From Methanobacteriota archaeon (GTDB taxonomy: Archaea > Thermoplasmatota > Poseidoniia > Poseidoniales > Poseidoniaceae), in assembly GCA_002710015.1 (NCBI GenBank), contig PAOW01000033.1, positions 8,059 through 72,058 of the forward strand: a stretch of 64,000 nt of DNA, read 5' to 3'. The notes below the pieces were generated by a model that was not told where the DNA came from, ran no database searches, and was given only the letters and a program-made list of their open reading frames with translations. Below, in pieces: positions 1 to 9,611 of this stretch (positions are counted from its first letter, which is position 1; every line of letters begins with the position of its first letter). The translations under genes were made by a program, and so were the position numbers.

Positions 1-69
1 CAAAGCGCATATTACAACCCAAATGGTTGCACCATTTTATGCATACCCATTCATAATTCACTCAAATCA

Positions 70-516
70 GTGCGTTCATATATTATTGGCAATACGGCGA
101 CCCGAGTTGAGACCATGGATGATGAGGTCATGGAATTCGGGATTGCACATAGTCGAAAGTATTCAAGAGACCACTTGTGGTATCAAGAAAAGGACGACAG
201 GTTAGTAATTGGAATATCAGATTTCCTTGCAGCAGACATAGGTGAAGTACTACGAATTATTCTTCCTCATGCGGAAACTGAGGTGGATGAGGAGCAGAAT
301 CTCTTCTCTATCTGGACTGCTGAAGAGAAATTTACATTCCCTAGTCCTTTTGCTGGAGAAATCGCAGAAGTAAACGGTGAGGTAGAGATTAATCCCGAAC
401 TGGTTAATGATTCCCCTTATGATTTGGGCTGGATTATTATTCTAGATCCTCACGATGTTGACATGGAAAATCTACTCGAGCCAGACGAATATGTTGACTT
501 TTTAGCCGAGGGATGA
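70..516 (+). CDS. Glycine-cleavage H-like (lipoyl-carrier fold) protein
   Basis: 148-aa ORF. Motifs DHLWYQEKDDRLVIGISDFLAADIGEVLRIILP and the PELVNDSPYDLGWIIIL tail match the GcvH pattern (DHEW...vGITD...LGdivfveLP ... PelvN.dPy.eGWl). Judged by eye only. Confidence 0.55.
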   Translation: MRSYIIGNTATRVETMDDEVMEFGIAHSRKYSRDHLWYQEKDDRLVIGISDFLAADIGEVLRIILPHAETEVDEEQNLFSIWTAEEKFTFPSPFAGEIAEVNGEVEINPELVNDSPYDLGWIIILDPHDVDMENLLEPDEYVDFLAEG

Positions 517-602
517 TTCATTACGTATCTCACGAGGCCAAACCCATATTAATAGACGGCTCTAGCAAGTAATGTAATCATTGGTAATGAGGTTTAGATA
601 GC

Positions 603-1709
603 ATGGACATAGACAAACACGAATTTCAACTAGATGACCTAGTTGAAAGAATAAAGCAAAACGACCTGAAGTTGGTTGCTTTACAAGTTCCGGAAGGTCT
701 CAAAATGCAAGCCTTGGAAATGATGGATGAAATTGAAAGTGAAACCTCAGCAAGAGTGGTGTTATCTGCTGACCCTTGTTATGGAGCTTGTGACTTAGTC
801 CATGACAAAATGCAGAACATAGGTGTAGAATTAGTTGCACACATGGGCCACTCACAGATGAACATTGACTCTGGAATGGCAACCCAATTTATTCCAGTAA
901 CATACCACGGTAGCCCAGAAATCGCTCCGGTTCTACCTTATTTGCACGCTCACAGAGAAATTGCTAGAAGTCGCCTAAATGATGCCTCCGGTCCGGTTTT
1001 GTCGGAACTTGAGGCAATAGACAAGTTCGAGGACATGGTGGGAAGAGTTGCACCGCTTACTGACACAAAACTAGGATTGGTTGGCAGCATACAACACCTA
1101 CACCTACTACATACTTTCAAGAAGCATTTTGAAGATGCAGGATTTGATGTTACAATTCCTGTTGGAGGAGCAAGGCTCACACTACCAGGGCAGGTACTTG
1201 GCTGCAATTATTCAGGAGATGATCCGACAGTTGGTCACTATGTATTCTTGGGAAGCGGAGACTTTCATCCTATTGGCTTAGTTCTTCATACTGGTAAACC
1301 GCTTGCAATGTTAGATCCATATTCAGGAGACGCAAAAGAAATGGGAAGGGAGAGAATAGAACGTATACTCCGGCAGAGATCTGGTTTGATCATGTCTTCT
1401 ATGGATAAGGATAGGTTTGGCATTTTGATTGGTGCTAAGCCGGGTCAGATGCGTAGAAATCTAGCCTTGCGAATGAAGAGAAAATTAGAGAAACACGGTA
1501 AGAAAGGTTTCCTACTTGCAATGGAGCATATTGGTCCCGAACTAATTGATTTTTATCCAGTAGATGTCTTTGTGAACACCGCTTGCCCCAGAATCGCAAT
1601 TGATGATGCTGTCAAGTATGCTAAACCAATGATTACTCCCTATGAGTTACAAGTTGTATTGGGCGAAAAGAAATGGGAGAACGGATATAAGTTTGACCAA
1701 ATACACTGA
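603..1709 (+). CDS. dph2: Diphthamide biosynthesis protein Dph2 (2-(3-amino-3-carboxypropyl)histidine synthase)
   Basis: 368 aa. Archaeal Dph2-like N-terminus (LKLVALQVPEGLK...RVVLSADPCYGACD) and a length typical of archaeal Dph2. Confidence 0.75.
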   Translation: MDIDKHEFQLDDLVERIKQNDLKLVALQVPEGLKMQALEMMDEIESETSARVVLSADPCYGACDLVHDKMQNIGVELVAHMGHSQMNIDSGMATQFIPVTYHGSPEIAPVLPYLHAHREIARSRLNDASGPVLSELEAIDKFEDMVGRVAPLTDTKLGLVGSIQHLHLLHTFKKHFEDAGFDVTIPVGGARLTLPGQVLGCNYSGDDPTVGHYVFLGSGDFHPIGLVLHTGKPLAMLDPYSGDAKEMGRERIERILRQRSGLIMSSMDKDRFGILIGAKPGQMRRNLALRMKRKLEKHGKKGFLLAMEHIGPELIDFYPVDVFVNTACPRIAIDDAVKYAKPMITPYELQVVLGEKKWENGYKFDQIH

Positions 1710-1838
1710 ACTCTTTATCCAGCGCAGCATGTTCTCAAAATGAGATGAACCGCTGACTAGCATTCGGCTTAATGATGACTTTTCTGAGGATTTTTTTATT
1801 GAAAGTTCAATAACCATAGACGATGACCCTTTGCAGTC

Positions 1839-3023
1839 ATGACCTCATATCTAGACCGCATAGGAGCAGGCCTCGTGCTCAGCAACCCGGAGGTTTTTGG
1901 TTTCGATTTTATTCCAGAAAACTTAGTTGGGAGAGAAGACATGCAGAAGGAACTAGCTGCGATATTCGGTAACATTAGTCATCCTGAAGGGACCGCCAGG
2001 GCTGTCATTACTGGACCGGTAGGCTCTGGGAAAACCGCACTTGCAAAACGGTTCTGCAAAGATGTGATTCGGCATTTCGCTGACAAAAGGAATATCCAAT
2101 ATGTCCACGTAAACTGTCGAAACGCAGCAACTCCGTCTCGAATAATGCAAAAAATAGTTCAGGATTTAGACCCAGGTCATCCAGATAGAGGTCTTGGCGT
2201 GGGAGAACTTCTGACAAGCCTTAGGAGAATGCTCAATAGCAGCAATTCTCACCTTATCGTTATTCTCGATGAAGTAGACCACCTTCTCAGAAGATCTGGA
2301 GACGATATCATATACAAATTGATGAGAATCGATGAGGACAGAGATGGTGCGGGAACACTGTCTGCAATCCTAATTAGTCAAGAGCAAATTCTGGACTTAC
2401 TAGAAAATGCAGTACTTTCAAGAGTTGGTCGATCAAACCACATTAGAATACCTCCTTATGATGAAAATGGACTTTTCAAGATAATCTCTCAAAGGAGAGA
2501 TATTGGTTTAGTAACAGGAACGTGTACGGATGAAATTCTACAATTGGTATCTCAAGCTGCCGCTCCATCTGGAGATGCAAGACAATCTATAGAATTACTT
2601 GAAGGAGCAGCAAAACGAGCTGAAGCAGCCGGGAGATCTATCATCGAATCTAAGGATGTTCAACGTACTGTTGTTACTATGCCAAACAATGCGGATTCTA
2701 TGAATATCGATGACATACCAGTTCATGCAATGCTCATCCTTCTGGGTCTTTGTAGACGTTTGAAGCGACAGGAAAGCGTTACAAGCGGAGAAGCAGAAAA
2801 ACTCTACCACGTTGTCTGTGAAGAATTCGATGAATCTCCAAAAGGACATACTACTTTGTGGAAACACCTGAAAAGATTGACACAGGAAGATATTATCGTA
2901 ACAAGAACTGCCAAAGCAGAAGTCGGAAGGGGGAGAACCCAGCATATTTCGATGCCCCACATGCTCCCCAGTGACGTAGCAAGACGTCTTGAAACACTGA
3001 TTCCGACAAAAATACGTCGATAG
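1839..3023 (+). CDS. cdc6: Orc1/Cdc6 replication initiator (AAA+ with C-terminal winged helix)
   Basis: 394 aa. LVGREDMQKEL upstream of Walker A GPVGSGKTALAK, Walker B ILDEVDHLL, and a C-terminal wH-like region. Confidence 0.85.
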   Translation: MTSYLDRIGAGLVLSNPEVFGFDFIPENLVGREDMQKELAAIFGNISHPEGTARAVITGPVGSGKTALAKRFCKDVIRHFADKRNIQYVHVNCRNAATPSRIMQKIVQDLDPGHPDRGLGVGELLTSLRRMLNSSNSHLIVILDEVDHLLRRSGDDIIYKLMRIDEDRDGAGTLSAILISQEQILDLLENAVLSRVGRSNHIRIPPYDENGLFKIISQRRDIGLVTGTCTDEILQLVSQAAAPSGDARQSIELLEGAAKRAEAAGRSIIESKDVQRTVVTMPNNADSMNIDDIPVHAMLILLGLCRRLKRQESVTSGEAEKLYHVVCEEFDESPKGHTTLWKHLKRLTQEDIIVTRTAKAEVGRGRTQHISMPHMLPSDVARRLETLIPTKIRR

Positions 3024-3094
3024 ATGATTATTTTTAATGACAAAAGGGCATAAATACCCCGCTCAAGTCGCAAAGCCGCTCAAGGGTTGATAAT

Positions 3095-3574
3095 ATGGCA
3101 GAGACCACATTTGTTGCAGTAGTCAATGACACAAATCCAGACAATAATGGACGTTCTTACAACATGACCGTTAGTGGAAACAATCTTTCACAATTCCTAG
3201 GTAAGAAAATTGGAGATTTGGTTGACGGAATTTTCGTTGGAGAAGGAGAACAAACCCTTGCTGGTTACAAATTGGAGATAACTGGCGGGTCAGACAAGAC
3301 TGGAACTCCGATGAGGAGTGATTTGAGCGGAGGTACACGCCAATCCGTCCTTGTCACCGCTTCAACCGGTTTCAAAGGCCATTCACTAGTATTCAAATCA
3401 AAAGGTGGAGAGAAGAAAAGATTCCGCTACAAACCAGACGGAATGAGAAAGCGAAGAAATTTCCGTGGAAATACAATTACCCAAGACACAAGACAAATCA
3501 ATCTCAAAGTTGTTGAGGCTGCAAACAAAAGCCTGGAAGACATTCTAGGTTCAATTGAGGAGAGCAGCGAGTGA
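3095..3574 (+). CDS. rps6e: 30S ribosomal protein S6e
   Basis: 159 aa. GYKLEITGGSDKTGTPMRSDLSG signature of eS6. Confidence 0.85.
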   Translation: MAETTFVAVVNDTNPDNNGRSYNMTVSGNNLSQFLGKKIGDLVDGIFVGEGEQTLAGYKLEITGGSDKTGTPMRSDLSGGTRQSVLVTASTGFKGHSLVFKSKGGEKKRFRYKPDGMRKRRNFRGNTITQDTRQINLKVVEAANKSLEDILGSIEESSE

Positions 3575-3605
3575 AGCCGCGAGGCTGATCTGAGGTTTTG
3601 GAAGG

Positions 3606-4853
3606 TTGGGAAGCATGGCACGCAAGCTTCCCGCACAACCCGAAGTAAACATAGGATTAGTAGGTCACGTAGACCACGGAAAAACCACATTAACACAGGC
3701 TCTTTCTGGAATCTGGACCGATACTCACTCAGAGGAGAGGAAAAGGGGTATTTCAATTAAACTTGGTTATGCAGATACAGCCTTCTACAAAACCGACAAA
3801 GGAGAATACTACGCAACAGGGAAAAGACCAGGTGGAGGCAATGACGATGTTACAGAGCTACAAAGGGTTGTTTCATTCGTAGACGCTCCTGGTCACGAGA
3901 CATTGATGGCGATAATGATTACAGGTGCTAGTATCATGGATGGTGCCATGTTGATGGTCGCTGCAAATGAAACATGCCCGCAACCTCAGACCAGAGAACA
4001 TCTTATGGCATTAGAAATCGCTGGGATCAAGAATATCGTAATCGTGCAAAACAAAATCGATTTGGTGACAAAAGAAAGGGCAATTGAATCATATAATGAA
4101 ATCAAGAATTTCTTGAAAGGAACCATCGTAGAAGACGCACCTATTATTCCAGTATCTGCACATCATGATGTAAACTTGGACATCTTAATCCAAGCGATTG
4201 AAGCCACAATACCAACACCCGACAGGTCACAAGATAAGCGAGCTATCATGCATGTTGCAAGATCTTTTGACATAAATCGACCCGGAACTAGGCCCACAAA
4301 ACTTCGGGGAGGAGTAATCGGAGGAAGCATCGTTGAGGGAGAATTCCAGAAGGATGATGAAATATTAATCGGACCTGGTAGGAAAATTGAGAAAGGCAAC
4401 AAGGTTCACTATGAACCAATCCGAACTAAAGTCTCTAGTATGCAAGGCGGAGGTCTAAATCTAGACAACATGCACGCAGGTGGTCTATGTGGAATGGCTA
4501 CACCATTAGATCCGGCAGTAACCACATCTGATAATCTATCTGGACAGGTTGTTGCTAGAGTGGGAGACCTACCTGAGGTAAGAGAAAAGGTCGACATTTC
4601 TGTAAGTTTGATGGAAAATATGGTGTCTGGAGAGGGAGAGGAACCAAACCAGATTATGCCATTAAGATCTAACGAGATGTTGATGGTTAACGTTGCAACA
4701 GCAACTAGTGTTGGAGTGGTCTCAAATCCAAAGAAGGATAGCGCTACCCTAACATTGAGATTACCAATTTGTGCAGATAAAGGCCAAAGAATATCATTGT
4801 CTAGACGTGTTGGTGCTAGATGGAGACTAATAGGACACGGGACAATCCAGTGA
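3606..4853 (+). CDS. eif2g: Translation initiation factor aIF2 gamma subunit
   Basis: 415 aa. NIGLVGHVDHGKTTL G1 motif, FVDAPGHE, NKID, and C-terminal RWRLIGHG. Near-collinear with known aIF2-gamma. The zinc-knuckle Cys residues of canonical aIF2-gamma are absent. Confidence 0.9.
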   Translation: MGSMARKLPAQPEVNIGLVGHVDHGKTTLTQALSGIWTDTHSEERKRGISIKLGYADTAFYKTDKGEYYATGKRPGGGNDDVTELQRVVSFVDAPGHETLMAIMITGASIMDGAMLMVAANETCPQPQTREHLMALEIAGIKNIVIVQNKIDLVTKERAIESYNEIKNFLKGTIVEDAPIIPVSAHHDVNLDILIQAIEATIPTPDRSQDKRAIMHVARSFDINRPGTRPTKLRGGVIGGSIVEGEFQKDDEILIGPGRKIEKGNKVHYEPIRTKVSSMQGGGLNLDNMHAGGLCGMATPLDPAVTTSDNLSGQVVARVGDLPEVREKVDISVSLMENMVSGEGEEPNQIMPLRSNEMLMVNVATATSVGVVSNPKKDSATLTLRLPICADKGQRISLSRRVGARWRLIGHGTIQ

Positions 4854-4858
4854 TTCTC

Positions 4859-5221
4859 ATGCAATGCGTCCTTGTTGACACCTGTGGATGGGTAGCAGTT
4901 ATCGAGGCAAACCTGAATATAGATAAATCACTAATCGAATGTGCTGGCATAAATCAACTTGCAATATTGCCAAGAGTTTTGGAAGAACTTGAAGCCATTG
5001 AAGGGGTGAATCTAATGCTCCCTATGTTGCGAAAAAAATCAATTGTTTTGGATACTCCAAACAACTCTGGAAAACACACAGATGACCAGTTATTTGTTGT
5101 CGCATCAGAAAATAAATTTCCAATATTAACTGTTGATACGGAATTGAAAAGACGGCTATCTAAAGCAAATCTTCCGTGGATTGAGGTCATCGGTGGGACT
5201 CACCTGAGATACGTTCGATGA
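4859..5221 (+). CDS. PIN-domain protein (putative ribonuclease)
   Basis: The ORF 4820..5221 overlaps the eif2g stop. The internal Met gives MQCVLVDTCGW..., a typical PIN start (vlDTs). Its position after aIF2-gamma is common in euryarchaea. Confidence 0.5.
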   Translation: MQCVLVDTCGWVAVIEANLNIDKSLIECAGINQLAILPRVLEELEAIEGVNLMLPMLRKKSIVLDTPNNSGKHTDDQLFVVASENKFPILTVDTELKRRLSKANLPWIEVIGGTHLRYVR

Positions 5222-5222
5222 T

Positions 5223-5519
5223 TTAAGGTAGAGTGAATAATTCGTCGTCTCCATGGCCATCTAGTAACCTAAGTTTTACTCCTGCATCTATCCAAGCATG
5301 AGCGTAATTGATTGCTCCAAACGCCCTGACGTAATCACCATTATCCATGAAAAATCTAGCGTCACTAGAATAGTCATCTGCCATCTTGAGCATAATTTCA
5401 AGCTGATCCCAATCCTTTGTTCCTTCATTTGGTATTGGTGTTGCCTTCTCTCTGGCTTTCTTTGTGAGTTTTAGGTAGTGGTCAACCTTTTCTCTTGTTA
5501 ACTTATCATTTATCTGCAC
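5223..5519 (-). CDS. Small hypothetical protein (98 aa)
   Basis: ORF sits immediately downstream of the WD40-like gene on the same strand. No motif recognised. Confidence 0.3.
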   Translation of the reverse strand: MQINDKLTREKVDHYLKLTKKAREKATPIPNEGTKDWDQLEIMLKMADDYSSDARFFMDNGDYVRAFGAINYAHAWIDAGVKLRLLDGHGDDELFTLP

Positions 5520-6572
5520 TCAATCACCTCTTTGCCTTTTCATCAGTCGATTTACATCGCTTGAACGACCCAACGACTCATACAAATTAATCGCAAGCGA
5601 GATTCTACCTTGATCTTCAGCATCACACGCCCGTTTGAAAATTTGTCTTCTTTCTTCCCAATCACTAGCAACTTTAGCTTCTGCAACCATCTTTTGCATC
5701 TCAACCCTTCTGAGTTTTGATAATTCTGGAGACTGCCAAACGCGAACAAGACCATCTCGTCTCACTGTTGCCATCGTATCTGCTGCCAAACCGACTAATG
5801 TATCCCCCAAATCTATGTTCACAGAATCAATAAACAGATTCTCAGTCATAGATGTTAGACTGCCTTCTATCGAAAGGACCCACCAGCCGTCTCCCGCTTT
5901 GTGTGCTGATAGAGGTTCTAAAGAGCGTGTATCAATCGTATCTAGGCTGTCCCATCCATATGGATGAGGGGACCCCTCCCATAGCATTCCATCTGCACTT
6001 TGCAAGAGTAATCTACCTCCTGACATTTTGCTCACCCAAGACCACACTCTATCCTCGAGGAGTCTTTGTGAATCTTCTTTGGCCAACCTAGCACAACGAA
6101 GTTTGCCGTCTTCATCCTGCCAAAGCAAGTGCTCCCTGTCAAACCACCCAACTAAACGCCTAACCCCTCCAGCTTCAAATCTCTTTAATCCTCTACCATC
6201 TTGATTGAAAACATGCAATTGGCCTTTCCTACAAGAAAGTACCCAACCGCCTCCGGGTCTAGGTAGGATGTCACTGAATCCTCCTTGAGTTGCTCTACCA
6301 TCCCCTAATTGTGATCCGTCACTAGCTTTGATGAGATGGAAACCGTGTCCATACAGGAGGCCTATTTTTCCAGAATCATGGTGAGCTGCATGAACTCTGA
6401 AAGGTAATTTCTTTTTCCATCTTTGCTCTAAATCCTCGTCAAGGAGCATTATTTCAAGGCCACATGAAATAAGTAAAGAGTTACCTACTGAAGTGGCAGA
6501 GGATACAATATTAGGTGCTTGCCATGATCTTGATACAGTCCAACTCATACACTCACCTCCATCATACCCCAT
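5520..6572 (-). CDS. WD40/beta-propeller-like protein with C-terminal helical tail
   Basis: 350 aa. Repeated DG..hh..W-type blade motifs (DGLVRVWQ, DGKLRCARL, DGMLWEG). Overlaps the upstream Arch_ATPase gene by 28 nt, consistent with co-transcription. Confidence 0.45.
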   Translation of the reverse strand: MGYDGGECMSWTVSRSWQAPNIVSSATSVGNSLLISCGLEIMLLDEDLEQRWKKKLPFRVHAAHHDSGKIGLLYGHGFHLIKASDGSQLGDGRATQGGFSDILPRPGGGWVLSCRKGQLHVFNQDGRGLKRFEAGGVRRLVGWFDREHLLWQDEDGKLRCARLAKEDSQRLLEDRVWSWVSKMSGGRLLLQSADGMLWEGSPHPYGWDSLDTIDTRSLEPLSAHKAGDGWWVLSIEGSLTSMTENLFIDSVNIDLGDTLVGLAADTMATVRRDGLVRVWQSPELSKLRRVEMQKMVAEAKVASDWEERRQIFKRACDAEDQGRISLAINLYESLGRSSDVNRLMKRQRGD

Positions 6573-8116
6573 GCAACTAGTTGCGCCCTTGCATCATTTG
6601 TCAACTTAAACATCCTTGACCTACCTTTTTGTTGAACTGACAAAATACCACTCCTATAGAGCCGGTTACACATCTGCGACATTCTAGGCCTTCCAACATT
6701 TAGTCGATCTTGAAGACGGTTATCTGAGGGAGAGATTTCACGCTCAGATGATACCTCCACCAATACTGCTTCACTCTTTGATAGGTTTCTTAACGTTTGA
6801 ACATCCAGAGGACTACTGCTTCTCTGTCCAATAACTGGTCTCCTCAATGCGGCGAGTAAATCTGCTAAACCTAGTCCGTCCGGCACACCAATTGCATCTA
6901 GTAATTGGGAAAATAGACCTTCAACATCTTTATTTGTTCCACTGTCTATTATATTGTCCTCATACATTTCTTCATCCTCTGAAAAGTAATCATCCTCAAC
7001 TTGATGATTGTCTTGAATTGGTTGTATTAATGTAGCACTTGGGTCATCAGATATCCATAATTGATTTTCCTCTCCTGCCAATTTTTCTGGAACCTTATAC
7101 TCGGCTTTAGTTTTATCAAAAGGTGGAGCATCTGTTTTATTCAAACGATTTCTTGCTACCAAAGCACCAAATCCTCCCATTGAGGACACAGGAGGTGGTG
7201 ATTGGTATTCTGCGGGAGGTTTTTGTAAACGATCTAGGTCAAGGTCGAAGCTGTTTTGCGGATCTAGGGTTTTATCGATAGCATCAAACTCTTTCATATG
7301 ATTAGTTTTATTTTCAATTTCTTCTTGTATTGTATCTACTTCCAAGTCATCATATTGTATCTCGCGAGGATTAGCCCTCTCATCATCCACTATTTCTCGA
7401 AGCAGACGCATGACTTTGTATGGTGACCCTCCTGTTTTGTCCATAACATAATCTAGAGCATCTTCATTCATTGACCAACCCAATTTTGAGGTAGTAGCTA
7501 TCCTTGCTTCACATAATTCTTTTACTTCATCTGCTTGAAGGGGCTGAATAACCTCTGTATGGTCGAATCTGGTTACCAGTGATGTAGGCCATTGGGCTCT
7601 TTGCTCAGTTGAAAGAGAGATTATCACTACTGCATTTAATCTCTCCAAAGGAGATATCAGGTTAGAAATGACTTGAGACAGATGAGATCCGTCTACATTT
7701 GGGAAATCTAGAGATATCAGCGGTATCGATCCATCCAAGTTTTCAGTAAATGATACTAATCTTGATGCTATTTCTTGTGTACTGGAAGGAACATCAAATC
7801 CAATCATGGATACAAATAACTCGTTTAGTATACTATGCGAGTGATTTTCGGTTGGAAACATGTCTAGATGTACGCTTTTTGAGGTCTCCCTGGACATACA
7901 TCTCATCAAAGATGACCGCCCAGAGCCCCTCTCTCCTATGAGTAAAATTAGCCTAGGAGTTCGATTTTTCAAGAACCTTGACCATCTGGCACTTAACTCA
8001 TCCCTTGCAACTAGCAATTCAGCTTGACCTGGTTCTAGTGGCCTAGCCTTGAAGGGATTCTCTCGTAAAGCAGGTAACCCAAGAATTGGATATTCTTCAG
8101 CCATATGCACACTCAA
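6545..8116 (-). CDS. Arch_ATPase-family AAA+ P-loop protein with acidic disordered linker and C-terminal winged-helix
   Basis: 523 aa. N-terminal NPF...ELLVARDEL...LILLIGERGSGRSSLM matches the archaeal ATPase pattern. Long D/E-rich middle. C-terminal MCNRLYRSGILSVQQKGRSRMFKLT looks like a wHTH. Confidence 0.55.
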   Translation of the reverse strand: MSVHMAEEYPILGLPALRENPFKARPLEPGQAELLVARDELSARWSRFLKNRTPRLILLIGERGSGRSSLMRCMSRETSKSVHLDMFPTENHSHSILNELFVSMIGFDVPSSTQEIASRLVSFTENLDGSIPLISLDFPNVDGSHLSQVISNLISPLERLNAVVIISLSTEQRAQWPTSLVTRFDHTEVIQPLQADEVKELCEARIATTSKLGWSMNEDALDYVMDKTGGSPYKVMRLLREIVDDERANPREIQYDDLEVDTIQEEIENKTNHMKEFDAIDKTLDPQNSFDLDLDRLQKPPAEYQSPPPVSSMGGFGALVARNRLNKTDAPPFDKTKAEYKVPEKLAGEENQLWISDDPSATLIQPIQDNHQVEDDYFSEDEEMYEDNIIDSGTNKDVEGLFSQLLDAIGVPDGLGLADLLAALRRPVIGQRSSSPLDVQTLRNLSKSEAVLVEVSSEREISPSDNRLQDRLNVGRPRMSQMCNRLYRSGILSVQQKGRSRMFKLTNDARAQLVAWGMMEVSV

Positions 8117-8159
8117 CTTTAGCGAGTATATGATGTTTCACATAATTGATTAGCATTAG

Positions 8160-8262
8160 ACGTGCGTTAACACACGTTATTAGTGATACCAATAGTATTT
8201 TTTTTACCATATTAACGCATCATTAACAATCTATTAACGCGTTAACTAATGCGTTAATCCAA
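8160..8262. promoter_or_regulatory. Divergent promoter region carrying a perfect palindrome TTAACGCGTTAA and several TTAACGC half-sites
   Basis: Read directly from the sequence. GCGTTAAC at about 8164, ATTAACGCAT at about 8211, CATTAAC at about 8221, ATTAACGCGTTAACTAATGCGTTAAT at about 8233-8258. It lies between the divergent Arch_ATPase and hmgA genes. Confidence 0.35.
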
Positions 8263-8312
8263 CGGTTCATTCATCAAGAGGGATAGCATGGGCCTGAATC
8301 AGAGGAAGATGA

Positions 8313-9611
8313 ATGCCAGTAGATGAAAGCAGACTTTCAGGATTCTACAAACTATCAGTTGAAGAGCGCCGAACTAAGGTGGCTGAATTAGCAAAACTAA
8401 CTCAAGACGAAGTTTCAGCATTGGCAAACACTGGTGAACTTGAAGAACTAGCAGCAGACAGAATGATAGAGAATGTAATTGGTACAATGTCACTACCTGT
8501 TGGCGTAGCGACTAATTTCATAATTGACGACAAACCATACCTCATACCCTTCTGTGTAGAAGAGTCCAGTATTGTCGCGGCAGCTAGTAATATGGCCAAA
8601 AGATGTCTAAAATATGGTGGATTTAAGACCTCTAATGATGATTCAATCATGGTAGCCCAAATTCAAGTTCTTGGCCTAGATGACATTGATGCAGCTGGAG
8701 AAGCTGTATTAACAGCAAAGTATGAATTAATGAAAATGTGTAATTCGCTACCCTCGACTATGGTCAAATTAGGAGGAGGATGCAAAGATATCGTTGTTAG
8801 GAACATACAGACACTCTCTGGTAAAATGCTCATAATACACTTGTTAGTTGATACAAAAGACGCAATGGGCGCTAACGCAGTTAATACCATGGCAGAATTA
8901 CTTACAGACAAAGTTGAAGAAATTACAGGTGGGAGAGTTCATCTTCGAATTTTATCGAATCTAGCCTCTGAGAGGTTGGCAAGAGTAGAAGCGGTATTCT
9001 CTCCCGAGGAATTATCAGATGATGGTTCAAGAGAAAATGGTAGCAAAATAATTTCTGCAATACTGGAAGCACATCACTTCGCAGTGGCTGATCCTTACCG
9101 AGCAGCAACCCACAACAAGGGCGTTATGAATGCGATAAGTGCGGTTGCATTAGCCTGTGGACAAGACTGGAGAGCGATAGAAGCAGGCTGCCATGCTTGG
9201 GCAGCTGTTGACAATGGACACTATTCTTCAATGACAAAATGGCATCGAGATGAGAATGGTAACCTAGTAGGTAAAATCGAGACACCAATGGCGGTAGGCA
9301 TTGTTGGAGGTGCATCAAAGGTGCATCCTGCTGCAAAAGCTAATCTTTCAATCTTGGGTGTTGAATCTGCAAAAGAATTGGCAGGAGTTATAGCAGCCGC
9401 TGGACTTGCACAAAACCTTGGTGCAATGCGGGCTTTGGCCACAAGTGGAATACAAGCAGGGCACATGAAGTTACATGCTAGAAATATGGCAGTAAGTGCA
9501 GGCGCTCTTGGGGAAGAAATAGAAAGAGTTGCAAATATAGTAAATTCACAAAAGGGACCTGTTACTCAACAACTGGTCAAACAAACGCTTGAAAATCTAA
9601 GAATGAAATAA
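8313..9611 (+). CDS. hmgA: HMG-CoA reductase, class II
   Basis: 432 aa. ENVIGTMSLPVGVATNFIIDDKPYLIPFCVEESSIVAAASN matches the class II signature (ENxIG..P.GxA.NF..NG..Y.VPMA.EEPSVVAAAS). Length is typical of class II. Confidence 0.85.
   Translation: MPVDESRLSGFYKLSVEERRTKVAELAKLTQDEVSALANTGELEELAADRMIENVIGTMSLPVGVATNFIIDDKPYLIPFCVEESSIVAAASNMAKRCLKYGGFKTSNDDSIMVAQIQVLGLDDIDAAGEAVLTAKYELMKMCNSLPSTMVKLGGGCKDIVVRNIQTLSGKMLIIHLLVDTKDAMGANAVNTMAELLTDKVEEITGGRVHLRILSNLASERLARVEAVFSPEELSDDGSRENGSKIISAILEAHHFAVADPYRAATHNKGVMNAISAVALACGQDWRAIEAGCHAWAAVDNGHYSSMTKWHRDENGNLVGKIETPMAVGIVGGASKVHPAAKANLSILGVESAKELAGVIAAAGLAQNLGAMRALATSGIQAGHMKLHARNMAVSAGALGEEIERVANIVNSQKGPVTQQLVKQTLENLRMK

Noticed and set aside
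1710-3094. Possible replication origin next to orc1/cdc6
   Set aside because: The flanking intergenic regions are only about 130 and 70 bp. There are no ORB-like repeats and no extended AT-rich unwinding element. Not supported.
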